Of a stretch of DNA of 64,000 bases, positions 10,090 to 18,809 are shown in pieces. Every line of letters starts with the position of its first letter. Positions within the stretch are counted from its first letter, which is position 1. The position numbers and the translations under genes are program-made. This stretch comes from a virus (Duplodnaviria; Caudoviricetes): IMG/VR virus record IMGVR_UViG_3300027286_000002; one strand, given 5' to 3'. A model generated the notes under the pieces. That model was given only the letters and a program-made list of their open reading frames with translations. It was not told the DNA's origin and made no database searches.

Positions 10090-10530
10090 ATGTCTTTACA
10101 TGATTTAAAAACACGATTGGCATCTGTACAAAGAATTGCTTTAATCAAAACTCAAGTTGGCGATATTGTGAGTTTTACTGATGACCCTAAACTTTGGTAC
10201 TTTAATCTTTTTATTAAAAGTTTAGTCAAAAGACTTATTCAAAAGAAAATTGCAGATCATCTTATTTATGTAGATGATAAAAAAAACCATATCTTAACTG
10301 TAAAGAACCTTGCACATGAAGATGGTGATCCTCAATTAGTTATTGAATTTGTGCATTCTAAAAAAGGCAAACTTTGGGAAACTGCTCTTAAATATAGAAC
10401 AAGAGGTACAGAAAAGAATATCAAAGGTGAAATTACTATTAAAGATCAAGAAAAGTTAAATGATGAATCTGTAGATGAAATCTCTAAACTTGTTAAAGAA
10501 TTTGTTAAGCTAGAACCACTAAAAGATTAA
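10090..10530 (+). CDS. hypothetical protein
   Basis: ORF 9982-10530; ATG at 10090 follows AAAGGT; begins LKTRLASV. Confidence 0.6.
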   Translation: MSLHDLKTRLASVQRIALIKTQVGDIVSFTDDPKLWYFNLFIKSLVKRLIQKKIADHLIYVDDKKNHILTVKNLAHEDGDPQLVIEFVHSKKGKLWETALKYRTRGTEKNIKGEITIKDQEKLNDESVDEISKLVKEFVKLEPLKD

Positions 10531-11592
10531 TTAAAGGATTGCAATACATCCACGATTTTCACCATAAGTATATCCTATCTTCTTAACACCTGTGTAATTT
10601 TGAATCCTTTTTAATAAACTTACTAATGGTTCTACACTACCATTCCACAATTCTTTAATTTCCCAAAAATCTTCTGCTGTTCTAATCTTTAAAACACCTA
10701 CCTGCACAGGTATATCTGTCTTTGTAATAATAAGTGTATCTACACCATTTACTTGTATTGCCTCTTTTAATAAATCTAAATCCAACCAACCTATCTTTCT
10801 AGGTCTACCTGTTGTTGCTCCATATTCTTTACCTACAGATCTATATTTCTCCGATAACTCTTCATCTAGTTCTTCAAACTCACCTGTACCTACTTTGGTT
10901 TCATAGATTTTAGCTACACCTATTACTTCATCTATTTGTTTATGACTTAAACGAGTAGAATAAAAGACTGCACCAATGGTTGTGCATGATGAAGTAACAT
11001 TGGGATATTCTTCACCCCATACATCTAGTCGATAACCTTGACAGCCTTCTAATAAAAGATCCATTGTAGATAAATGGTCTTGTAGAAACTTTTCTGCATC
11101 ACCTATATAATCTTTTAAAAGAACTGCATCTTCTGTGTAATCAAAAGATTGAAGCCAAGCATTAATATTCATGGCATCTCTTGCATAAAAATCTCTTAAA
11201 GCGGGACCAATACCTTTTGCAGTCGTACCTAACTTCGATTGGTATTTGGCTTTATCCTCTGCAATATGCCATGACATGACTACAGGACAATAAGGCGAAA
11301 TAATAAGAGATCCTTTCTGAACATTAAATTGTTTGATCTCTTCTACAAGCTGAATAGGATCTACCACTGTTGCTCTTGTAATAACATTAATAGCATTTGG
11401 ATTTAGAACACCACTAGGTAATAGATGCACTACAGACTTATTACCTTTTTCATCATAAATAGTATGTCCTGCATTTGCACCACCTTGAAAACGAACAACA
11501 ACAGGTTTATCTGCTTTAAAGCACAGATCATCTACAATCCTGCCTTTACCTTCATCACCATTTTGTAAACCTAGAATAACTTTGACTGCCAT
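10531..11592 (-). CDS. purA: adenylosuccinate synthetase
   Basis: GDEGKG, RFQGGANAGHT, LGTTAKGIGPA, LLEGCQG, YPNVTSS and EYGATTGRPRKIGWLD motifs. Confidence 0.95.
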   Translation of the reverse strand: MAVKVILGLQNGDEGKGRIVDDLCFKADKPVVVRFQGGANAGHTIYDEKGNKSVVHLLPSGVLNPNAINVITRATVVDPIQLVEEIKQFNVQKGSLIISPYCPVVMSWHIAEDKAKYQSKLGTTAKGIGPALRDFYARDAMNINAWLQSFDYTEDAVLLKDYIGDAEKFLQDHLSTMDLLLEGCQGYRLDVWGEEYPNVTSSCTTIGAVFYSTRLSHKQIDEVIGVAKIYETKVGTGEFEELDEELSEKYRSVGKEYGATTGRPRKIGWLDLDLLKEAIQVNGVDTLIITKTDIPVQVGVLKIRTAEDFWEIKELWNGSVEPLVSLLKRIQNYTGVKKIGYTYGENRGCIAIL

Positions 11593-11662
11593 CTTTTTAA
11601 CCTTTTCTTTTGTAGGTAGAGAATATATTAATACTATACATAAATCATCAAAGAGTTTTGTA

Positions 11663-11671
11663 TGCTATAAT
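11663..11671 (+). promoter_or_regulatory. extended -10 promoter element (TGcTATAAT)
   Basis: TGCTATAAT about 40 nt upstream of the ATG at 11710. Confidence 0.5.
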
Positions 11672-11709
11672 AAGGTAACTCAACCTTCATCATGTAAAAG
11701 AGAAAAAGT

Positions 11710-11955
11710 ATGATTTTACTCACATTGTTAAATTTAGTCCTTCTTATATACTTTACACCTGCTGTGACAAAAGACTTAATGGAACAGCAAGATCCACCTG
11801 TATCAAAAAGATATAGACAAGTTACAGTATATATTTGGTATGCTTTAGTACCTACTCTTACTTATGCTTTTCAAGATTACTCGGCAATCCTCACTGCCAC
11901 CATTTTTTGGTTTTGGTTGCAAGCCATTTCATATCCTACAAAGGATAATCCATGA
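11710..11955 (+). CDS. small membrane protein
   Basis: Three hydrophobic segments in 81 aa. Confidence 0.6.
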   Translation: MILLTLLNLVLLIYFTPAVTKDLMEQQDPPVSKRYRQVTVYIWYALVPTLTYAFQDYSAILTATIFWFWLQAISYPTKDNP

Positions 11956-12461
11956 TTCAAGTTATTAAACCTGATAGTGAAGATCAAAAAGCAATCTTTC
12001 CAAACAGAACTATCTTTTTAGCTGGCAGTATTGAAATGGGATCTGCTGTAGATTGGCAAAGAGAAGTTGAAGAAGTCTTTGACAAAGAAATCTTTAAGAC
12101 AGATGGCTGTACTGTTTATAATCCTAGACGAATTAATTGGGATAGTTCATGGAAGCAATCTATTGAAAATGAACAGTTCAAATATCAAGTCGAATGGGAA
12201 TTAAATAAGCTGTATGAATGTGGTCTTATTCTTATGTATTTAGATGAGAATACCAAATCACCTATCAGCCTGCTAGAATTAGGTTTATATGCACAAGACA
12301 CTAAATTACTTGTGATCTGTGGTGAAAACTTTTGGCGAAGAGGAAATGTAGAAGTCACTTGTGATTTTTATGAAGTACCTTTACTTATACACAATCCAAG
12401 AGAAAAGAGTTTAAGCACACTCTTAATTGAGAAATCTAATAAAATTCTGCTTGGTATTTAA
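11952..12461 (+). CDS. nucleoside 2-deoxyribosyltransferase-like protein
   Basis: IFLAGSI...DWQ, YNPRR..W, QVEWEL and SPISLLELG motifs. Confidence 0.8.
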   Translation: MIQVIKPDSEDQKAIFPNRTIFLAGSIEMGSAVDWQREVEEVFDKEIFKTDGCTVYNPRRINWDSSWKQSIENEQFKYQVEWELNKLYECGLILMYLDENTKSPISLLELGLYAQDTKLLVICGENFWRRGNVEVTCDFYEVPLLIHNPREKSLSTLLIEKSNKILLGI

Positions 12462-12810
12462 TCACAAGTTCTTTTAATTTTTCCCATGTGAAATCATGAT
12501 TTTCAATATCCTTATAATCTAAATAAGAATCTTCATCTTCTTTATAGGATGATGCCAAACAAGACACTTGCATTGTATTCTTATCAAGATCACATAAAAT
12601 ACATACCTGCTTAGGCATACCTTCCACTACAAGGTCTTGACCAAAGTTTATGTGGATGCCAAAGACAGGTAAGTCATTATATAGACTTGAATCTTCTAAC
12701 ATAACATTTGTATATCCCAAATCTTCAACAAAACAATGCAAATAAATTTGTAGTTCTTCTTGTGAAGTGGTGGTTGGTAAATCAAATAAGAATCTAAACT
12801 GCTCTTGCAT
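12436..12810 (-). CDS. hypothetical acidic protein (early-type cassette)
   Basis: 124-aa ORF in a run of small minus-strand genes. Confidence 0.65.
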   Translation of the reverse strand: MQEQFRFLFDLPTTTSQEELQIYLHCFVEDLGYTNVMLEDSSLYNDLPVFGIHINFGQDLVVEGMPKQVCILCDLDKNTMQVSCLASSYKEDEDSYLDYKDIENHDFTWEKLKELVIKYQAEFY

Positions 12811-12815
12811 TTTTA

Positions 12816-12947
12816 TTATTTCCCTTCTTCTGTTTGGTTTTCTTCTTCTGCAATTTCATCTAAAATTGCTCTTTTTTCTTCTTCTGTAAGACAATCATTT
12901 GATGAGTAAAACTCTTCACAAGTCATGGTGCATAAAAAATCATCCAT
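12816..12947 (-). CDS. small acidic hypothetical protein
   Basis: MDDFLCTM... from ATG 12947 (AAAGGT upstream); the ORF-track extension to 13010 overlaps the upstream gene. Confidence 0.45.
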   Translation of the reverse strand: MDDFLCTMTCEEFYSSNDCLTEEEKRAILDEIAEEENQTEEGK

Positions 12948-12948
12948 T

Positions 12949-13140
12949 TTATCTATTACCTTTCTTTTCATAAAGTGCTGAGATAGTTCTGTCATCCCAA
13001 GCATTTGCAAACTTGGTTTGTGGTTTAATACCTAAAGTCAAAAGATCAGTATCTTTGAAAGACAATGCTCTTTTATTTGCTGTGGTTTTTGGTGTTTTGA
13101 AGATTTTGCCAACAGGCACATTTCTTACTGTTCTTGACAT
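12949..13140 (-). CDS. small basic hypothetical protein
   Basis: 63-aa ORF, AAAGGAAA SD, downstream of the conserved promoter-like motif. Confidence 0.6.
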   Translation of the reverse strand: MSRTVRNVPVGKIFKTPKTTANKRALSFKDTDLLTLGIKPQTKFANAWDDRTISALYEKKGNR

Positions 13141-13168
13141 TTTGTCATTTCCTTTCTTTGGTAATAGA

Positions 13169-13197
13169 TAAACACTTATCTTTAAAGTTTATTGCAA
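13169..13197 (-). promoter_or_regulatory. conserved TTGCAATAA-N12-AGTGTTTA motif, copy 1
   Basis: Same two boxes and spacing as at 13583-13611 and 60943-60971, each just upstream of a small minus-strand gene. Confidence 0.7.
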
Positions 13198-13204
13198 GTT
13201 CGCA

Positions 13205-13543
13205 TTAAAAATCTTCATCTTCTGCTTCAGATAATTCTTTGTAATACTCATCTTCCATTCTACGAAACTCAATCCTTTCTGCTATGAGTAAGGAAATCCT
13301 TTCAATTAAGGATTTGAGATTGTAGTGATGAACCTCAAAAATCATTTCTTCATCGTATCCGATATCATAATGAAATCTGCTTTCAGATACACTTGCATAC
13401 TCACTTGTGATAAACAATGAAAATGCCATGTTGTTCTTTTCTACTGTTGCATAGACTTCATCATCTACACTGCTATTAATGGTGGTGGTGATTTGGTGTG
13501 TTGCAAGAACATCTGCTACAATTTTAACGATTGAGTTAATCAT
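13205..13543 (-). CDS. hypothetical acidic protein
   Basis: 112-aa ORF, AAAGGAG SD. Confidence 0.7.
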   Translation of the reverse strand: MINSIVKIVADVLATHQITTTINSSVDDEVYATVEKNNMAFSLFITSEYASVSESRFHYDIGYDEEMIFEVHHYNLKSLIERISLLIAERIEFRRMEDEYYKELSEAEDEDF

Positions 13544-13582
13544 TTTTTTACTCCTTTGATGAGTTGGTTTATTGATACTATC

Positions 13583-13611
13583 TAAACACTTTGCATAAGA
13601 TATTATTGCAA
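13583..13611 (-). promoter_or_regulatory. conserved TTGCAATAA-N12-AGTGTTTA motif, copy 2
   Basis: Exact motif match 40 nt upstream of the ATG at 13543. Confidence 0.7.
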
Positions 13612-13671
13612 GTTCACTTAATCTTTTATTAAAAATTTTATTGTATCCCTTACTTTGAAAGTTGAGTTCCT

Positions 13672-14361
13672 ATGAAAATTTTAGGTATCAGTACCACTAC
13701 ACATTCACCTGTACCTGAACATCCTGAACCATCTGCATCTTTTACTACATTAGAAACTTTAATTAAGATTTTAGATCAGTATGGACATGATACTCAAATT
13801 CTTGATGCTAATAAACTTCATATCATTAAAAACCTGTCTTGCTATTCCACAGATAAAAAGAATTGTGGATCTCTTGATGCTGGCAAATATAGATGTTGGG
13901 CAACTCATCTTTCTCATGAAAATCCTGATGAGTATGGTGGCAAAGACGAAATGACTTATATTTATGATGGTATTGAATGGGCTGATGTTATTCTTATCTC
14001 TACTTCTGTTAGATGGATGAGTCATAGTGCTTTACTACAAACTATTATTGAAAGACTTAATGTGATTGAAAATAGGCATAGTGTTTATGAAGAACCTAAT
14101 CTTGTTGCGAATAAAAAAGTAGGTTTTATTGTCATTGGACAGCATTATCAATCTCAACAGGTATCTAGTCATTTAATAGAAGTGTTTAGTCAATTAGGAT
14201 TTATTACAGATAGTAGAGATGGATCATTTACTTGGCAAAGAACTGTTAATAGAAATTTAGAACAGGATGGAAGTAATCGTCCACATATTATAAGTTATCT
14301 TGCCACTGCTGAAGGTACAGACCAACTTAATAACTTTATCAATTGGATTGAAAGGTTTTAA
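13672..14361 (+). CDS. flavodoxin-fold protein (NADPH-dependent FMN reductase / iron-sulfur flavoprotein-like)
   Basis: MKILGISTT start, Cys cluster LSCYS...NC...RC, and DEMTYIYDGIEWADVILISTSVRW. Confidence 0.8.
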   Translation: MKILGISTTTHSPVPEHPEPSASFTTLETLIKILDQYGHDTQILDANKLHIIKNLSCYSTDKKNCGSLDAGKYRCWATHLSHENPDEYGGKDEMTYIYDGIEWADVILISTSVRWMSHSALLQTIIERLNVIENRHSVYEEPNLVANKKVGFIVIGQHYQSQQVSSHLIEVFSQLGFITDSRDGSFTWQRTVNRNLEQDGSNRPHIISYLATAEGTDQLNNFINWIERF

Positions 14362-14363
14362 AA

Positions 14364-15071
14364 ATGAAAGCATTAAATTTAAGTCTATCTGAAATCAGAT
14401 CTTTTTTAGAAAAGAAATATGGTAAAACAGCTTTAAAAAAAGGTGTTTATTTTGATATGGATATGTATTGGGAAAGATATAATATTGAAATACCTTTAAA
14501 TGAAGATAGGATCATTATAGTCGAAATCATAGGTATAGATGAAAATAATTTACAAAACTTTAAAGGCTGGAAAGATAGTCTAGCAACAAAAGTTCAAGAT
14601 CAAGATAAAGAAGGACTTCATTTAGCATTAAGTAAAGAAGTAGATCTTTCTACAAATTGGAAAGACAATTTACTTAAAGCTATCAATGCAGTTCAATCTG
14701 AAGTTGCTTTAAAATCTAAAGAGAAAGTAAATGCAGATAAGTTATTAAAAGATCTTAGATCTACACCTATGTTTAACTTTGATCCTTTTTTAAAATCTTT
14801 AGAAAAGTATTTACTTGCACATGATACTTTAACACCTGCTCAACAGCAGGCATTTAATAAAGTTAAATGGCGATATACACCTCGAATTGCTTTAAACAAA
14901 AAACAAATTGATTTTCTTAAAGCAATGAATACTTTACCTACAAATGAAATGGATACAAATGAAATTGAAACCATTTCTAAAATGTATGCAAAGGCTTGTG
15001 CAGGCACTACTTGGAATGATAATGAAAGAAATGAAGTTGCCTTTATTATGAAAAAGTATATTGCATTATGA
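14364..15071 (+). CDS. hypothetical protein
   Basis: 235-aa ORF; C-terminal FLKSL...LTPAQ helical motif. Confidence 0.65.
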   Translation: MKALNLSLSEIRSFLEKKYGKTALKKGVYFDMDMYWERYNIEIPLNEDRIIIVEIIGIDENNLQNFKGWKDSLATKVQDQDKEGLHLALSKEVDLSTNWKDNLLKAINAVQSEVALKSKEKVNADKLLKDLRSTPMFNFDPFLKSLEKYLLAHDTLTPAQQQAFNKVKWRYTPRIALNKKQIDFLKAMNTLPTNEMDTNEIETISKMYAKACAGTTWNDNERNEVAFIMKKYIAL

Positions 15072-15322
15072 TTTATGATTTTTTAGAAGAGATAGGTTTT
15101 ATCCCTGTGTCTTATTGCATTATATATAGGAAAGACAATATTGAGATCATCTTTAATAATGAAATCAATATTGATGTTTACATAGATGAGATACATACCA
15201 AATATAAGATTAGAAATAACAATGAAGTAGAAAAGATACAGAATGGTGTTCTACTTGAAGTCTTGCCTAATATCTATGATGAACTTAAACATATTTATGA
15301 TACACATATTGTGCATAAATAA
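15068..15322 (+). CDS. hypothetical protein
   Basis: 84-aa ORF coupled to the upstream stop. Confidence 0.55.
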   Translation: MIYDFLEEIGFIPVSYCIIYRKDNIEIIFNNEINIDVYIDEIHTKYKIRNNNEVEKIQNGVLLEVLPNIYDELKHIYDTHIVHK

Positions 15323-15416
15323 AGACAGGCACTAAGACATAAGGATTTTCAGAAAAGAATATAAGTGTAATACCTATTAAGATTAGGCATAAGATCATAT
15401 GTAGATAGATATTCAT
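15285..15416 (-). CDS. small hydrophobic peptide (43 aa)
   Basis: MNIYLHMILCLILIGITLIFFSENPYVLVPVFIYAQYVYHKYV*; ATG overlaps the upstream TGA (ATGA). Confidence 0.4.
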   Translation of the reverse strand: MNIYLHMILCLILIGITLIFFSENPYVLVPVFIYAQYVYHKYV

Positions 15417-15568
15417 TTTGTATAGCAATTCTTATATGGTCTACAACTAGCTTTCTCACTAAATCCCATTTCATCACAGGATTTAGACATACAATGTTTT
15501 TTATCCCATTTTCTAGGCATATCGAATTTGACTTTAGCTAGTCTTATTTTTAAATTCTCTATATTCAT
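15413..15568 (-). CDS. small Cys-rich protein (51 aa)
   Basis: MNIENLKIRLAKV...HCMSKSCDEMGFSEKASCRPYKNCY; starts just after tRNA-Glu. Confidence 0.6.
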   Translation of the reverse strand: MNIENLKIRLAKVKFDMPRKWDKKHCMSKSCDEMGFSEKASCRPYKNCYTK

Positions 15569-15573
15569 TTTAA

Positions 15574-15647
15574 TGCTCCTAACGAGATTTGAACTCGTGT
15601 TACTGCCTTGAAAGGGCAATGTCCTTACCTGACTAGACGATAGGAAC
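15574..15647 (-). tRNA. tRNA-Glu(TTC), no encoded CCA
   Basis: Acceptor GTTCCTA/TAGGAGC, anticodon arm TTGCC-CTTTCAA-GGCAG, T arm ACGAG-TTCAAAT-CTCGT. Confidence 0.93.
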
Positions 15648-15772
15648 TTATCTTTAAGTGCATATAGGTTTTTAATCCACATCCACTTAAAAACTTTTCA
15701 ACCAAACCCTAATAGATAACCTACAGGATTATGTTTGTTATACTCATTTCTTTTTCATCATGCAATATAAAA

Positions 15773-15916
15773 TTACATAATGTTTTCAATTTCTTTTTTC
15801 TCTACACGATTTAAAGGTTTTGGACTGCTTTTAGTATAGATCGCAACTAATAAACTTAAAACAATAATTGTAATTGCTGTGTAATTTGCTAGCTTTGAGA
15901 TTTGTGTGTTTGTCAT
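15773..15916 (-). CDS. small membrane protein (47 aa)
   Basis: MTNTQISKLANYTAITIIVLSLLVAIYTKSS...; AAAGGA SD; upstream TTGCAT-17-CATAAA with a TG extension. Confidence 0.55.
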   Translation of the reverse strand: MTNTQISKLANYTAITIIVLSLLVAIYTKSSPKPLNRVEKKEIENIM

Positions 15917-15991
15917 TTTTTATGATCCTTTGGATTTGATTGGAAGGTATCTTTATTTATGACATAGTATTTTTAGTTATGCAAATATAAA

Positions 15992-16064
15992 TGGGTCGTT
16001 TGGGACTCGAACCCAAAACCTGAAGATTAAAAGTCTTATGATCTACCTATTGATCTAACGACCC
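15992..16064 (-). tRNA. tRNA-Lys(TTT), no encoded CCA
   Basis: Acceptor GGGTCGT/ACGACCC, D stem GATC/GATC, loop CTTTTAA, T arm TTGGG-TTCGAGT-CCCAA. Confidence 0.93.
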
Positions 16065-16126
16065 ATAGTCATAATGAATGGTCTTATGACTTGCGAAAAA
16101 ACTTAAAGCTATATCTCACTACCTAA

Positions 16127-16194
16127 AAGAAAATGTGAGATTTGAACTCACATCACCTATATTGGCATTTTTACAATTTAAAATAATCTTCCCT
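16127..16194 (-). pseudogene. degenerate tRNA-like element (possibly a decayed tRNA-Gly GCC)
   Basis: Intact T arm GTGAG-TTCAAAT-CTCAC, D-arm-like TTTT-AAATTGTA-AAAA, TGCCAA loop remnant, weak acceptor pairing, missing 5' anticodon stem. Confidence 0.5.
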
Positions 16195-16313
16195 TAAATT
16201 GTAAGACATAGCTTTTTCAGTATTTCTATTTTCATTATACATATCCATTTTATTTTTTTCATTTTATTTTTTCATCTTATTTTAGAAAACATTTACATAA
16301 AGGATTTTCACCT

Positions 16314-16805
16314 ATGGACAACAGAGAACTCATGGCAATTAGAATTGCTAGTATTTATTTAGAAAGCAAAGACAAAGACAAAGGCTTACCTAAAAAATAC
16401 TTGTCAGGTCTTAAAGGTAAAGATAGAAAAAAAAGAGTAAATGAAATCGACAAAAGAAAAAATGAAACTGATCCAAAGAAAAAGTTTAAACCTTTCAAAT
16501 CAGATAAAGGTGAATCCACTTCCAAAAGCCAATACTCTAAAACAGACATAGCTAAAAAGATCAGAGAAAAAATTGAAGGTCAAGGCAAAGATGCTTTCAT
16601 TGAAGCATCATCTAAAGTATCAGGTGTATCTAAATCTATTTTAAGTGAAGTTTATGCAAGAGGTGCGGCGGCATGGGCAACAGGACATAGACCGGGTGCT
16701 ACTCAACAGCAATGGTCTATTGCTCGTGTTTATAGTTTCTTATCAGGTGGCAAAACTCAATCCACTGCTGACAAAGATCTAGCTGAAAAAGCTGGACTAT
16801 TGTAA
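16314..16805 (+). CDS. DUF5824-like basic protein
   Basis: PKKYLSGL and RGAAAWATGHRPGATQQQWSIARVYSF motifs recalled from DUF5824-type viral proteins. Confidence 0.65.
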   Translation: MDNRELMAIRIASIYLESKDKDKGLPKKYLSGLKGKDRKKRVNEIDKRKNETDPKKKFKPFKSDKGESTSKSQYSKTDIAKKIREKIEGQGKDAFIEASSKVSGVSKSILSEVYARGAAAWATGHRPGATQQQWSIARVYSFLSGGKTQSTADKDLAEKAGLL

Positions 16806-17597
16806 TTCTTTAAAGATTTGTAAATTCCATTTACATTTAACACAAACTCCACACATATTCTTATATGGTGGCTTTTGCTTATTATAATGTGCTTTAAAAA
16901 ACATCTCTCTCATATAACAAGATGCTGTGTATTCAAATAATCCCTTTTCTAATAAAACTTTCACTTTCTCTTTTCTAGGTACTGTTATATGACTAAACTT
17001 TAAAGCACCTACTTCTTTTCTTAAAACATCTTCAAATAAATGATATGCTTTAGGTGTATCTGAATACATTGTTATACTGCCATCATCTATATGATCATTA
17101 ATACAAATCACTGTACCTATCTTATGCTCTCTTATTAAATCTACCAATAACAATAAAGCATATTGATTTTTCACTACACTTTCTTTATCTATCTTATCTG
17201 ACAGATATTGATCTTTATGTAGTAGCCTTAACTCACTTGGATGATCAATCACTGTCAAATTGAGATTTAGCTTTTCTTTTAAAACATTCACTGCCTTTAA
17301 TTCTTTAGATGAGATAGCTGGATTAAGCATCTTTATAAACACAGGATAAACTTCATATCCTAATTTAATATGTTCTAATAAAGACCATGTGCTATCTACA
17401 CCACTTGAAAATAAGACCACTGCTTTCTTTTCATCTAAATCCTCAATAGGTTCTTTATAAATACTTTCTTCATCTATATATGAGATATTAACACCATGAT
17501 ATTCTGCTAAACCATCTGCATATGCTTTAAGAGAATAAGGCACTGTGTGTTCAGATTTTAAAGGTGTAAATAACTTATAGAACTCTTTTGCATTCAT
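16797..17597 (-). CDS. QueC-like PP-loop ATP pyrophosphatase
   Basis: KAVVLFSSGVDST (PP-loop variant) and C-terminal TASCY...CGVCVKC zinc site. Confidence 0.75.
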   Translation of the reverse strand: MNAKEFYKLFTPLKSEHTVPYSLKAYADGLAEYHGVNISYIDEESIYKEPIEDLDEKKAVVLFSSGVDSTWSLLEHIKLGYEVYPVFIKMLNPAISSKELKAVNVLKEKLNLNLTVIDHPSELRLLHKDQYLSDKIDKESVVKNQYALLLLVDLIREHKIGTVICINDHIDDGSITMYSDTPKAYHLFEDVLRKEVGALKFSHITVPRKEKVKVLLEKGLFEYTASCYMREMFFKAHYNKQKPPYKNMCGVCVKCKWNLQIFKELQ

Positions 17598-18730
17598 GTG
17601 AGTTTCCTTTGTTTTAATTTGTTTAGTAAATCTGCATCCGTGTACAAGTCAAAAACTAAATGGATTCTTGTTTTGCCATTATTCACTACTCTATGTGGTT
17701 TTCTAGTATCTAAATACCAAAGTTCACCTTCTTTAAATTTAAAGACCTCTTTACCTGTCATGCCATATACTTCAAACCAACAATCATCATGTGTATCTAT
17801 TGGTATATGAAATCTTGGTACTTCACCTATGCCTATGCCACATTCACTATCTACTAAATCAGTATGTTGTTCAATAACTTTACCTGCATCTAGTTTCATT
17901 ATCCGAACACGATCTACTTTAGCTGTCTTTGATACCTGCTTAATAATCTCTTTCACTTCAGGAAATAAATCATAAACACTTGTATCTTGAATATGGAAAT
18001 CTTGACCTTTATGTTTTTCATGCCATTTGTCATTCATCTCTAAAGGTTTAATAATAAAGTTTGGATCAGCACTATATCCTCTTAATGATATAGCAGACCA
18101 ACCACCATCTGCATTATAATTTGAATAGTGATTGGCAAAGTTCAGTTGAGATACCTTTTCTTTTAATGCTGTTATATCATAATGGAAATCAGTAAATTTA
18201 AAAGCACAGGCTATTTCATGTGGATCAGTATATAGGCAAATAGGCTCTTGATCAAATAATGAAAAAGATGGTTTCTTTTCTAGGTAATAGACACCAAAGC
18301 AATCACCAAAAGAATTAATCTTGCTACCTATTCGTGTAAATCCTAATTGTGTAATAGGTGTGAGATCACCATCATCCAGCCATAAGAGCCAAAGGTTTTC
18401 TGTTAAGCTATTAAGATAAGATATAAAGACAGGTAAATCTCTAATTTGAACATAGCTTAATTCTATATCATTCGCTTGTTTTACTGCAAGTATATGATTT
18501 TTAGAAGAATAAACTTTGATTTTGGATGGTTTATTTGATTGGGAAACAAGTACATCATAAGCATCAGTTAAGATGAGTTCACCTGTAGAAAGATATTCTG
18601 CAATATTATTCTTTTTCATTTGCATGAAAGGTGAAATGATTTTCTCATTAAGAGTATCATATCTAGCTTGCAAGGATTTTAGGTATTCTAAATCATATCC
18701 TTTTTGCCATTCTTTAAGATCTTCGGACAT
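17594..18730 (-). CDS. two-domain protein with C-terminal aspartyl/asparaginyl beta-hydroxylase-like 2OG-Fe(II) oxygenase
   Basis: RVRIMKLDAG...QHTD, RFHIPI and GELWYLDTRKPHRVVN...RIHLVFD motifs. Confidence 0.8.
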   Translation of the reverse strand: MSEDLKEWQKGYDLEYLKSLQARYDTLNEKIISPFMQMKKNNIAEYLSTGELILTDAYDVLVSQSNKPSKIKVYSSKNHILAVKQANDIELSYVQIRDLPVFISYLNSLTENLWLLWLDDGDLTPITQLGFTRIGSKINSFGDCFGVYYLEKKPSFSLFDQEPICLYTDPHEIACAFKFTDFHYDITALKEKVSQLNFANHYSNYNADGGWSAISLRGYSADPNFIIKPLEMNDKWHEKHKGQDFHIQDTSVYDLFPEVKEIIKQVSKTAKVDRVRIMKLDAGKVIEQHTDLVDSECGIGIGEVPRFHIPIDTHDDCWFEVYGMTGKEVFKFKEGELWYLDTRKPHRVVNNGKTRIHLVFDLYTDADLLNKLKQRKLT

Positions 18731-18809
18731 TTTACGATCTCCTTTATTTATTTATTCTTATATTGTTTGTATTATTCTTTACAAAATCCCAAAGAAAGGT
18801 TTTTAAAAA

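Noticed and set aside
10531-11592. PurZ (2-aminoadenine / Z-genome pathway)
   Set aside because: The catalytic loop is GDEGKG with Asp, as in PurA. PurZ has Ser (GSTGKG-type), and no other Z-pathway genes were recognised in the window.
15413-15682. 89-aa ORF as given in the ORF track
   Set aside because: Its 5' part runs through tRNA-Glu. Only the portion from ATG 15568 is kept.
16797-17597. Canonical 7-deazaguanine DNA modification system
   Set aside because: No dpdA, queD, queE or folE in the window, and the PP-loop is atypical, so only a QueC-like call is supported.
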